Source: an uncultured Bradyrhizobium sp. (GTDB taxonomy: Bacteria; Pseudomonadota; Alphaproteobacteria; Rhizobiales; Xanthobacteraceae). From it: 60,927 nucleotides of DNA. The stretch's first letter is position 1, and every line of letters starts with the position of its first letter. The notes beneath the pieces were generated by a model, which was not told where the DNA came from, searched no databases, and worked only from the letters and a program-made list of their open reading frames with translations. The position numbers and the translations under genes are program-made. The DNA lies in the NCBI GenBank assembly GCA_902826195.1, contig CADEDX010000001.1, forward strand, positions 1 to 60,927, read 5' to 3'. Positions 1 through 8,196 of the stretch are shown in pieces.

Positions 1-253
1 GTTGCCGTCCCCAAAGTGCCAAACATTCGACCCGCCCCTGCCCCTGTAGGCCCTACGCCTCGGCACCATGCGCCATCATGCGCGAGTGAGGCAAGCGGAC
101 ACGCCCGGACGGGCGGAGCCAGGTCGCGCGCCAGCGAGGCTCTTGCGGGCCGCAACGCCGGCTCAAACTCGGGGCTTTCCCGGCACGGATGGCGAAGCCG
201 TGCCGGGAGCCAGCAACCGTCAGGGAGGAACCGGAAGCCCGAGCCGCTGACAT

Positions 254-550
254 TCAGCGCGCCCGGCCCTTGTCGCGATGAAAGCGCGCGTCGCAGGTCG
301 GGCAGAGGGTTTCGAGATTGTCGAGGCGATCGACGCCGCCCGCACGTCGCGGCGTCTTGTGGTTCGCGATCAAGCGCCCGCCTTTGCCGCGCTCGGGCGT
401 CGGGCATGACGCGCGGATGCAGCGATAGCCGTCGCGTTTCTTTGCGGCGGCGGCGAGCGCTTTCCATTCGGGCGAGAGATAGAACGGATCGGCCGTCTTC
501 GGCTTCGGGTGATCGCGGAAGAAGCGGAGCGCCGGCGGACGGTTTGGCAT
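254..550 (-). CDS. HNH endonuclease (terminase-associated, HK97 gp74-like)
   Basis: FYLSPEWK..RDGYRC..C..NHKTPRRAGG..DNLETLCPTC motif set; ATG at 550; cos-proximal position. Confidence 0.85.
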   Translation of the reverse strand: MPNRPPALRFFRDHPKPKTADPFYLSPEWKALAAAAKKRDGYRCIRASCPTPERGKGGRLIANHKTPRRAGGVDRLDNLETLCPTCDARFHRDKGRAR

Positions 551-654
551 GGTGTCGCCCCGATTCGCTGCACGAAAGCGAGGGCCAGAAACGGTTAGAG
601 CCCGGAGCGCTTTCGCGCTTGCCGAGCTCCAGAGGCAGCAATTCAGGGTCGCGA

Positions 655-685
655 TACATAGCCGCTTAAGGTTCCCTTGGTCAAG
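655..685 (-). promoter_or_regulatory. Putative late promoter (pR'-like)
   Basis: Minus strand CTTGAC-N18-CTATGT, close to the alphaproteobacterial sigma70 consensus; overlaps the stop of the DUF6456 gene and points into HNH. Confidence 0.5.
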
Positions 686-1331
686 CGTAGTGATCGGCGA
701 GCGCTTGGAGCGCGACGCGGAGGATGACAATTCCGTCCTTCGGCCGAACAAATCCGCGCCTCTCGGCCCACTCGCTGGCCGTGCCGTCTCGGCAGCAAAC
801 CCAATCCAGCACGGGCGACAGGTGGCGCCCGACCGCTTCGATGGCGGCGACGTAGGCGCTTTGTGCGTTGATCTGCCGGATGGTCTGATCCGTGACGCCG
901 CCGCCTGGGAGGCCGTCGAGCTTGGCGATCACGCGCGGCATCGCGCCCATTTCCATCCAGTCGCAGCGAAGGCGATCTCCCGCTTTCCAGAGCCGAAGAT
1001 TTTTTGCCTCGTCATCGGGATCGAGTTCCTTGCGTCGGAAGTAGCGGTCGAGCGTGTTTTGCGTGACGACGCGCAGATGCGCGGCGCCGGTTCCCTCTTG
1101 CACGAATTCGTCGTGTTGATGGCGCTCGGGCGTTCCGCGGTCGCGTCCGCGCGTGGCGATGACGAGATTGGTTTTTGGATCGATGCCGAGCGACAACGCG
1201 CGCTCGCTCGCGGCAATCTGGCGACGAATTCGCTTGTCGGTCTTCTGACTGCGCAGCCATGCCGCGACACGTTCGTGCCGCGCGATCATGGCGTCGAGTT
1301 CGTCATCCGTCAGTTCGCGGTTCTTCGACAT
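681..1331 (-). CDS. DUF6456-domain protein, putative late transcription regulator
   Basis: TLDRY..AGDRLRCDW..LSPVLDWVCC..LRVALQALADHY; sits in the lambda-Q position; start MSKNRE at 1331. Confidence 0.75.
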   Translation of the reverse strand: MSKNRELTDDELDAMIARHERVAAWLRSQKTDKRIRRQIAASERALSLGIDPKTNLVIATRGRDRGTPERHQHDEFVQEGTGAAHLRVVTQNTLDRYFRRKELDPDDEAKNLRLWKAGDRLRCDWMEMGAMPRVIAKLDGLPGGGVTDQTIRQINAQSAYVAAIEAVGRHLSPVLDWVCCRDGTASEWAERRGFVRPKDGIVILRVALQALADHYA

Positions 1332-1935
1332 GGGCCATTTCGTTGTCCGGCGCGTGATCCCGCAAATATCGGGCTTGCGGTCTTGCCCTCGTCTCGATCC
1401 GCTTCGCCTTGTCCGCACGGCCGGCGATGCTTTCGAGGCTCGAGACGATCCGGTTCAATTCCTCATCGGTGACGATCGGCAGGGAAGCATGTTGTCCGAG
1501 CGCGCGTTTTTGGGCTTCGATCCACACGCGACGTTCCAGCATGTGACCGAGCTGCGCTTCCGCTGTCGGTCGCTGGCTCTCATCGAGCGTGCCGAAGATC
1601 TCGGCGATACGATCCTCGTGCGTCTGCCACCATGCGCGCCGGACGGAATCCTTTTCGCGCATCGCGGCCTCGAAGTGCGCCTTCGCGTTCCATCCGTTGC
1701 GCTGTTCGATCTTGTGCTGCGTCACGTTGATCTTCGCGCGAATGTCGGCGGGCTTCGGTGCCTTGTGTCCCGTCCATCCGCGCATCGTTTCATCGAACGC
1801 GGTTTCGAGCGTTGCGCCCTCGTAGGGGTGCAGCACGTCGGCGTAGAGGGTGAGCCAGCCTTGCCCGCTTTCGTTCGTGGGAAATTCCTGCGGGAACAGG
1901 ACGACGAGCCTTGCGAACAGGTTTGCGACTTTCAT
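1303..1935 (-). CDS. Putative helicase loader/inhibitor-like replication protein
   Basis: WLTLYADVL..LETAF..APKPADIR; ATGA-coupled to the replication initiator. Confidence 0.5.
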   Translation of the reverse strand: MKVANLFARLVVLFPQEFPTNESGQGWLTLYADVLHPYEGATLETAFDETMRGWTGHKAPKPADIRAKINVTQHKIEQRNGWNAKAHFEAAMREKDSVRRAWWQTHEDRIAEIFGTLDESQRPTAEAQLGHMLERRVWIEAQKRALGQHASLPIVTDEELNRIVSSLESIAGRADKAKRIETRARPQARYLRDHAPDNEMAHVEEPRTDG

Positions 1936-2843
1936 GAGACGCCCTTTCCGGCTTCGTAGTCTCGGATGACCGCCTGCACGTCGATTGGCGGACGGCCGCG
2001 CACGGGATCGGCACGCAGCGCCCATCCGATCCACGTCAAGCGCCAGTCCGTGCGCAGCGCATCCCTGCCGGCCTTGCCGCAATAGTGGGCGCGAAACTTA
2101 TCGGCCTCGAGTTGAAGGTTGACCTTCGACAGCCCGTGCAGTTCGCGGAGCCTTGCCGCTTCGTTGCGCCACTCATCGGGCAGCGTCCAACTGCGATCGA
2201 GCCTCGTCGATTTATCCTTCCCCTGTGGTGGTGGCGCAGCGCCGCTAGGCGCGAGCGTCGAATTTTTCGAGGTCGGCAACCTCTGTATAGGTTTCTCTGA
2301 TTCAGAATCTGACTCGGTAGAGGGATAGGACTGGATATCCTTACTTTCTCTCTTTCTCTCTTTCTCTATTCTCCTATTGCTATCGCTAAGCATTGCTTGA
2401 GCATTGCTTGTGCCATCGCCATCGGCAGATTCCGGGTGAGCATTTTGCCAGCGTTTCCGAGCACCTAGCTTGCCTCGCTGGCTCATTTTCGAGCTAGTCG
2501 AAATAGCCCGCAAAATTCCCTCTGTTACCACGGGGTGGTATAACAACTTATCTGAGTGTTTTTTCCAGCCTTTCAGCGCGACGGGCCGAATCTTCCTCCA
2601 AGTCGCCACGTCTTTGCCGAGTTCGGCGAGCCTCGCGAGGGCAACGTCGTCGTCGGGGAGAGAGCCCGCCGGCACCTGATCCCAGGACTTGAGCCAGAGC
2701 GTCACGCCCGCGCGCCATTCGGCGTCGCTGGCGCTCGCGTGGAAGCGGGAACCGAACAGCCGATAGCGATAGATCGGCGTGAAATCGTAATCGTGCAGCT
2801 TCGCATGGGCCGGCACGGGTGGCGGTTGGAGCTTGCGCGTCAC
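1932..2843 (-). CDS. Replication initiator (DUF1376/YdaU-like)
   Basis: LWLKSWDQVPAGSLPDDDVALARLA..LYHPVV N-domain; C-terminal EADKFRAHY..DWRLTW; internal AT-rich repeats. Confidence 0.8.
   Translation of the reverse strand: MTRKLQPPPVPAHAKLHDYDFTPIYRYRLFGSRFHASASDAEWRAGVTLWLKSWDQVPAGSLPDDDVALARLAELGKDVATWRKIRPVALKGWKKHSDKLLYHPVVTEGILRAISTSSKMSQRGKLGARKRWQNAHPESADGDGTSNAQAMLSDSNRRIEKERKRESKDIQSYPSTESDSESEKPIQRLPTSKNSTLAPSGAAPPPQGKDKSTRLDRSWTLPDEWRNEAARLRELHGLSKVNLQLEADKFRAHYCGKAGRDALRTDWRLTWIGWALRADPVRGRPPIDVQAVIRDYEAGKGVS
2338..2475. other. Putative replication origin inside the initiator gene
   Basis: TTTCTCTC x2 + TTTCTCTA (2345-2368); tandem AGCATTGCTTG (2389-2399, 2400-2410); locally low GC. 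Confidence 0.55.
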
Positions 2844-3139
2844 GTCCTGCGGCCTCCGCGGAATAGTTTGCCGCGTTTGATCCGCTGGCTATCGAGAAAG
2901 GTCACGATCTGGCAAAGGTCGGGGCGCCACACCGCAATCATCTTGACGTCGCCGTGGCGGACCATATGGCGCTCGCTGCCGTCCGTCTCGCGCGCCAGCA
3001 AGATCGACCGCTTGAGGCCGATTTCGCTTTCGAGCTCGTGGATCACGTCGATCGTGAGCGCCAGGCCGTAGCGCTCGCGGGCGCGCCTGATCGCGTGCGC
3101 GCGCCGTGCGCGCAGATGCGCGTCGTCGGCCTCCGTCAT
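2840..3139 (-). CDS. Hypothetical protein (HA..RA.ERYG family)
   Basis: Overlapping start/stop with both neighbours; MTEADDAHLRARRAHAIRRARERYG..IVTFL. Confidence 0.65.
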   Translation of the reverse strand: MTEADDAHLRARRAHAIRRARERYGLALTIDVIHELESEIGLKRSILLARETDGSERHMVRHGDVKMIAVWRPDLCQIVTFLDSQRIKRGKLFRGGRRT

Positions 3140-3750
3140 CGTTCCCCCTCGACGCGCGCCGTCTGCGTGCGCGCCTTCGCGATGAAGTGCCCCGTCCAAG
3201 GGCCGCGCCATCCCTGCCGCCAGATGAACCACGCATAGGCCGTGCGCCCGCCTTCGGCTTCGATGCGGCCGCGCTCGTATTCGGCGCCGGGCGGCATCGA
3301 GGTCCGGTCCGACGAGACGGCAACATGCGAGAGGCCCGACGCAGCGAAGAAGTCCGCACGCTCTACCGTCTCGAGGAAGGCAAGGCGCTGGATCATCGCG
3401 ACGCCGACGCGCGCTTGCGTCAAGGCCCGCTCGGCGAAGCGCACCGCGCTCGTAAAAGGCGGGTTCGTTATCACCCAATCGACGCGGCCCACGGGCGGGT
3501 CGGCGATCGAAAGATAATCATGCACGGCCGCGCCCTCGATCCGCCGCTTGAGGTCGGAGCCGTAGGCCGTGAAGCCGCGCGAGCGCGCAACGGCCGGAAT
3601 GCGTCCGCTGCCGCACGCCGGGTCATAGATCGTCGCCGGCGGCGCGAGGGCGAGGAAATCCAGCAAGGCGAAGGTCAGCCAGTAATCCTCGATATAATAA
3701 TCGTCGGGGTCGCGCTCGTAGGCGCCGACTTTCTTGCCGCGATAGTTCAC
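3136..3750 (-). CDS. N6-adenine DNA methyltransferase
   Basis: YDPACGSG (motif I) and VITNPPF (motif IV); GTGA overlap with the upstream gene. Confidence 0.85.
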   Translation of the reverse strand: MNYRGKKVGAYERDPDDYYIEDYWLTFALLDFLALAPPATIYDPACGSGRIPAVARSRGFTAYGSDLKRRIEGAAVHDYLSIADPPVGRVDWVITNPPFTSAVRFAERALTQARVGVAMIQRLAFLETVERADFFAASGLSHVAVSSDRTSMPPGAEYERGRIEAEGGRTAYAWFIWRQGWRGPWTGHFIAKARTQTARVEGER

Positions 3751-4256
3751 TCTTTCCATTGCAATGGCTCCGCACCGGCCACTTGGATATCGGCCCAGGC
3801 ATAGGACAGCAGCGAGCAGGCGTCCGCTTCGTCATCATTTCTCACGTCGGCGCCGAGCTCGCGGCATTTGGCGATCGTGGCGAGCTTGAGCTTTTCGCGC
3901 CCGATGCTGTTGGTCCCGATGAAGTGGATATTGCGCTGATGCGGCGTCGCCTTCCAGAGATCGCCGGCGAGGCCGTTCCAGCGCGCAACAAGCTCGACGC
4001 AGCCCGCGAGCGACAACAGGATGTAGGCCGCCGCTTGATTGGTCTGGCCGCTGACGAAGGGCGCTTCATAGACGATCGCGTCGGGCCGCTCCAACTTGAT
4101 GAGCGGGTCGAGCCAGCGGATGAATTCATCCATGATCCAGCCCACGTCATCAATCCCGGCATCGGGGAACGTGACGTGACCGAAGCGCACGCGCTGGTTG
4201 GGCGCTCCGATCGCCCAACCAGTCCGTCGCGCGGTATCGAGCGCGAGGATCTTCAT
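3747..4256 (-). CDS. RuvC-like Holliday junction resolvase
   Basis: MKILALD..TGWA, YEAP, NDDEADA acidic catalytic motifs. Confidence 0.8.
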   Translation of the reverse strand: MKILALDTARRTGWAIGAPNQRVRFGHVTFPDAGIDDVGWIMDEFIRWLDPLIKLERPDAIVYEAPFVSGQTNQAAAYILLSLAGCVELVARWNGLAGDLWKATPHQRNIHFIGTNSIGREKLKLATIAKCRELGADVRNDDEADACSLLSYAWADIQVAGAEPLQWKE

Positions 4257-4882
4257 CAGTGGACTTTCGCGCTCGCGCCCGGTGCCATTTCGCCCGCGAT
4301 CTCGGCTTGTGCATCCTTCCAGCCTTGATCGAATTGATGGCTGTTCTCGCTCGCCGCCGGGAAGGGATTTGACGTGGCGAGCTTGCCGGCCTTCCCGGCC
4401 GCGTATCCCTTCTGATAGGACTTCGCGCGCTCGGCGGTGGCGTCGAGCTTCTGGTCTTCGCCGGCCGTCGCGACGCTGCGCGTCTCATCGAATAGTCCGA
4501 GTTGCGAGCCGGGTTCGATCGGGAAGTCGATCGCGGCGCAGAGCCGATTGACCGCCTGCACGTAGCCGTTGACGTCTTCGATTTCCTGCTTCCGCCACTT
4601 GAGAACGGTCGTGACGGCATCGAGGTCGTGTTGCGACAGGCCGGCCGACTTTGCGTCTTTCAGCTTCGCGCGATAGACGCCCATCAGGGTCTTGAGCGCG
4701 TCTTGCGCCTTTTCCACGTCTTTCTTCGCCGAGAGAATTCCGTTGTAAGTCCGCTTGATGAAGTCGGGCGTGATCCGGTTCGGCGTCGGGATCGGCACGT
4801 TGCCGATATGCTCCATTGCGTCTTCGGCGGCGCGGGCTTGGGCTTTCGCGCCTTTCTTGCCGCCGCCCATTCTCTTGCTCAT
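4256..4882 (-). CDS. GapR/DUF2312-like DNA-binding protein with C-terminal RMF-like motif
   Basis: Coiled region YRAKLKDAKSAGL..VLKWRKQ..QLGLF; C-terminal SYQKGYAAGKAG..NPF..FDQGW. Confidence 0.5.
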   Translation of the reverse strand: MSKRMGGGKKGAKAQARAAEDAMEHIGNVPIPTPNRITPDFIKRTYNGILSAKKDVEKAQDALKTLMGVYRAKLKDAKSAGLSQHDLDAVTTVLKWRKQEIEDVNGYVQAVNRLCAAIDFPIEPGSQLGLFDETRSVATAGEDQKLDATAERAKSYQKGYAAGKAGKLATSNPFPAASENSHQFDQGWKDAQAEIAGEMAPGASAKVH

Positions 4883-5268
4883 TGCGTTGTCTCTCCGGTT
4901 GCAGCGCCGCTCGCGTCCGGTCGCGCCTCGCGGCTTGGCGCGCCGTTCCCTGCGCGGCGCTCGAGATCGGCCGCGGTGGACAGAAGCTTGGAAATGATGC
5001 TCTCGCGGCTCAGACACGCTTCGAGATCGCGCGCGGTATAGCCGTGTTGCAGAAGGATCGAGACGAGGATGCAAGCGTCATCGAGCAGCGCTTCGGCCTG
5101 GCTCCCGACCTTGTGCCCGTCAACGAAGATTTCGGCGACGTGATCGTCGGCCGCTTTCCCGAACGTCACCGAGAGGCGCGGCGTGCGCTCGTCAATCTCT
5201 ATCGTCTCTGAAACATTGTCGCGCCGATTGGGCAAGCGGCTGCGACCAAGCTTTGAAGGCGCGGACAC
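4879..5268 (-). CDS. Stand-alone TSCPD-type domain (NrdJ C-terminal-like)
   Basis: RSRLPNRR..AEIFVDGHKVGS..LVSILLQHG matches the class II RNR C-terminal domain pattern. Confidence 0.65.
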   Translation of the reverse strand: MSAPSKLGRSRLPNRRDNVSETIEIDERTPRLSVTFGKAADDHVAEIFVDGHKVGSQAEALLDDACILVSILLQHGYTARDLEACLSRESIISKLLSTAADLERRAGNGAPSREARPDASGAATGETTQ

Positions 5269-5364
5269 GTCGAAATCTCCGCTTCAATTCCCACAGGCAA
5301 GGAAGCAACAAGCGGGCGGCGCAAACCCAGGAAGGAAAACGCCGCCCGCCTGCCCGGCCTCTAC

Positions 5365-5643
5365 TCAGCTAGAGGCCGGACCTTTGGGAAGGGCGACGCC
5401 CGTCCGACCGCGATGCGGTTTCGGATTCGGGATTCCCTTCCGGATCGTCGCACGGCGCACATAATCGGTGAGGTCGAGCCATTGCGTCAGGGTCGGCGAG
5501 GTCGCGCCATTCAGATAGCGCTTGAAGCTCGCATAGCTTGTGCCGATCTGTTCCGCGAGTTTTGCCTTTGTGATCCCGGCTTTCTCCGCGCGGGAGGCAA
5601 GGGCTTGGACGGCCGCAGCCGATTTTCGATTCGATTCATCCAT
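5365..5643 (-). CDS. XRE-family HTH regulator (Cro position)
   Basis: GITKAKLAEQIGTSYASFKRYLNGATSPTL; first gene of the leftward operon; no peptidase domain. Confidence 0.8.
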   Translation of the reverse strand: MDESNRKSAAAVQALASRAEKAGITKAKLAEQIGTSYASFKRYLNGATSPTLTQWLDLTDYVRRATIRKGIPNPKPHRGRTGVALPKGPASS

Positions 5644-5651
5644 GGGTGCGG

Positions 5652-5740
5652 ACAATAGTCCCCTCGCGGATTCGCGTGCAACACAAATTTGCGCCGGCTC
5701 AAAATTGTATTGCAATCGCCGCGAATCGGGACTTAAATCC
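5652..5740. promoter_or_regulatory. Divergent promoter pair with shared CGCGAATC boxes
   Basis: Leftward TTGCAC(5681-5676)-N18-TATTGT(5657-5652); rightward TTGCAA(5710-5715)-N17/18-TTAAAT/TAAATC; inverted CGCGAATC at 5669-5676 and 5720-5727. Confidence 0.55.
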
Positions 5741-5887
5741 GCATCGCAGCGCGCTTTCGACCAAGCCAGCGCGCGGCTGGCGCTCTGATTTGCAATGGTC
5801 CCCCGAGCGCCAAACAGGAAGGCCCGGCCGCGTCGGCGATCCCCCAAGGGTGCGGCCGGGCCAACCCTTAACTCAAGCGATGGAGCC

Positions 5888-6667
5888 ATGCCTTTGCGTG
5901 AACATTCAAAAGCGATAGATGGCGAAACCCTCGACATTCTGTCGCGCTCGGTCTGCGCCGGCAACACGGTGAAGCTGCCCGACATGCTGCCGCGTGCGCA
6001 GTATGAGCGCGTCGATAAGGTGTTGCGCGCTCTCGGCGGGCAATGGGATAGGCGATCGCGTTCCCATATCTTTCCCTACGAGGCGAAAACGCTGCTCGAG
6101 ACGGCGACGCGCGACGGGACCTATATCGACCGCAAACAGACGTTGCAGCTATTCGAGACGCCGCCCGAGCTTGCCGTCGCGATGGTGACGCTCGCGCAGA
6201 TCAAGCGCGGCGGCGTCGCCCTTGAGCCGAGCGCCGGCACCGGAAACATCGTGCGGCCGCTCTTATCGGCCGGCGCGCGCGTGATCGCGGTCGATATCGA
6301 CGCGCAGAATTTCTCGGCGCTCGCGCAGATCGACGGCTGCGAAGCTTGTCACGCCGATTTCCTGACATGGGGTCCGCAGATCATGCACGGCGGTTTCCGC
6401 TTCGATGCGGCCGTGATGAACCCGCCTTTCTCGGACGGCCAGGACATGGCGCATATTCGCGCGGCCTACGACCTTGTGCGGCTGGGCGGGCGGCTCGTCT
6501 CTATCTGCGGCGAAGGCGCTTTCTTCCGGCAGGACGTGAAGGCGCAGATGTTCCGCGAATGGCTCAAGCGCGTGCGCGCCGAGGATACGCCGCTGGATCG
6601 CTCTACGTTCGCATCGGCAGGGACGGCCGTCCTATCGCGGATGATCGTCATCAAGCGGCCGTCGTGA
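5888..6667 (+). CDS. N6-adenine DNA methyltransferase
   Basis: QLFETP, LEPSAGTG, HADFL, VMNPPF; GGAG before ATG 5888. Confidence 0.85.
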   Translation: MPLREHSKAIDGETLDILSRSVCAGNTVKLPDMLPRAQYERVDKVLRALGGQWDRRSRSHIFPYEAKTLLETATRDGTYIDRKQTLQLFETPPELAVAMVTLAQIKRGGVALEPSAGTGNIVRPLLSAGARVIAVDIDAQNFSALAQIDGCEACHADFLTWGPQIMHGGFRFDAAVMNPPFSDGQDMAHIRAAYDLVRLGGRLVSICGEGAFFRQDVKAQMFREWLKRVRAEDTPLDRSTFASAGTAVLSRMIVIKRPS

Positions 6668-6870
6668 TCCGCGCTGCAACCCGCGTCCGCGTCATCGGCG
6701 ATTCCGCCTTCCTCGGAATGGTCGGCGTCGTGTTGTCTTCCGCCAGCGGCAGCGACCGCGGCGACTTTTTGAGCGCGCTTGTGCAACTGGCTACGAAAGA
6801 ATGGCCGTTCGCCGGGAAGCCGGTTTGGTTCTCGGCGGGCGAGCTTGCAACAGAGGGACCGCTACCATGA
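6664..6870 (+). CDS. Hypothetical protein (KOW/SH3-like)
   Basis: GTGA and ATGA coupling; RVRVIGDSAFLGMVGVV. Confidence 0.55.
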   Translation: MIRAATRVRVIGDSAFLGMVGVVLSSASGSDRGDFLSALVQLATKEWPFAGKPVWFSAGELATEGPLP

Positions 6871-7262
6871 CATGCCACGCAACCGTGACGTTCTCCCATC
6901 CGATAGCGCAAGGCGACGAAGCTATCCTCGTCGGAGTCGCGCAGGATCGCGCGGGCCGACCGCGCGTCATGGTCCTGCCGCCGGGCGCGATGCTCGAACG
7001 CGCGCACGATGCGCCGCCGCCTGCGCAGGATCGCCCGGCCGATCTCTCGGCCGCGCAAAAGGCGTGGTGCGATGGGAAATTCGGCGCAGGCGCACGCTAT
7101 GACGCGGTGCCGCAGGTCCGCGAGCGGACGCCGGCGAAGGACGCCAAGACGATGAGCGTCGAGACACGTCACGCCCTCGTGGCGCTCGGCGTCAGCCGCA
7201 ATACGGCCGGCCTTCTCTCCGGTCACAACAACGGAGCGAAGCGCCATGATCGCGAAGATTGA
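6867..7262 (+). CDS. Hypothetical protein
   Basis: ATGA-coupled; fills the gap to the exonuclease. Confidence 0.45.
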   Translation: MTCHATVTFSHPIAQGDEAILVGVAQDRAGRPRVMVLPPGAMLERAHDAPPPAQDRPADLSAAQKAWCDGKFGAGARYDAVPQVRERTPAKDAKTMSVETRHALVALGVSRNTAGLLSGHNNGAKRHDRED

Positions 7263-8193
7263 TAAGCCGGGCATCTACGACAACATTCCGGCCGAGGTCT
7301 ATCACGGCGATCTCTGCGTCGGCCCGTCGATCTCGAAGTCGATCGCGTGGGATATCCTCAATACCTGCCCGGCGAAGGCGTTTCACAACTGCTATTTGAA
7401 TTCGTCCCGCGAGGTCGAACAGAAACAGGAATTCGACGTGGCGACGGCCGCCCATCTGGTCGTGCTGGAACCCGAGAAGTGGGATTCGACCGTCGTCGAA
7501 ATCGCCTGCGAAAACTACAAGAAGAAGGAGGCGCAGGAAGCGCGCGACCGCGCCTATAACGCCGGCAAAATCCCGCTGACGGAGCCGCAGGCGTTGCGCG
7601 TGCTGGCGATGCGGACGGCGCTGCGGGCGAGCCGTCTTGCCGGCGCTGCGTTCGAGGGCGGCAAGTCCGAGCAGACGATCGTGTGGCAAGACGAGGACAC
7701 GGGCGTCTTTCTCAAGGCGCGGCCCGACCATTGGCATATCGGCGGCGACACGATGGTCGATTACAAGACGACGGCGAGCGCCGACCCGGACGATTTCGCG
7801 CGCCGCTGCTACGACTTCGGTCACTTCCTGCAAGACCCGTGGTATCGCTCGGGCGCGGAGAACGTCGGCAAGCCCGTCAAACATTTCTGGTTCGTCGTGC
7901 AGGAAACGACCGCGCCCTTTCTCGTCTCGGTCAACAAGCTCGACGACCATGCGATCGAGTGGGGTGCGCTCATGTCGCGCCGCGCGATAGACGAATTCTC
8001 CAACTGCTTCCATACGGCGCGGTGGCCGGGTTACGACGCGAAGGCGCGCGTCGTCTCGCTGCCGAAATATGCGGAGTATCAGTTGGAGGAAAGGCGGGAA
8101 GCGGGGCAGTTCGAGCGCCAAGCGCCGACGCCCGAAGCGCTCGCCGCAGCGAAACTGCTGTGGGCGAAGCTCGACAGCAAGGGAGATTTCTAG
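7246..8193 (+). CDS. RecE/exonuclease VIII-like PD-(D/E)XK nuclease (DUF3799-like)
   Basis: PGIYDNIPAEVYH..ISKS, AAHLVVLEP, LKARPD..DYKTT, LQDPWY. Confidence 0.85.
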   Translation: MIAKIDKPGIYDNIPAEVYHGDLCVGPSISKSIAWDILNTCPAKAFHNCYLNSSREVEQKQEFDVATAAHLVVLEPEKWDSTVVEIACENYKKKEAQEARDRAYNAGKIPLTEPQALRVLAMRTALRASRLAGAAFEGGKSEQTIVWQDEDTGVFLKARPDHWHIGGDTMVDYKTTASADPDDFARRCYDFGHFLQDPWYRSGAENVGKPVKHFWFVVQETTAPFLVSVNKLDDHAIEWGALMSRRAIDEFSNCFHTARWPGYDAKARVVSLPKYAEYQLEERREAGQFERQAPTPEALAAAKLLWAKLDSKGDF

Positions 8194-8196
8194 GCC

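Noticed and set aside
53-253. 66-aa ORF abutting the HNH stop (TGAATG)
   Set aside because: Coupling is suggestive, but there are no recognisable features and it lies in the presumed cos region; left uncalled
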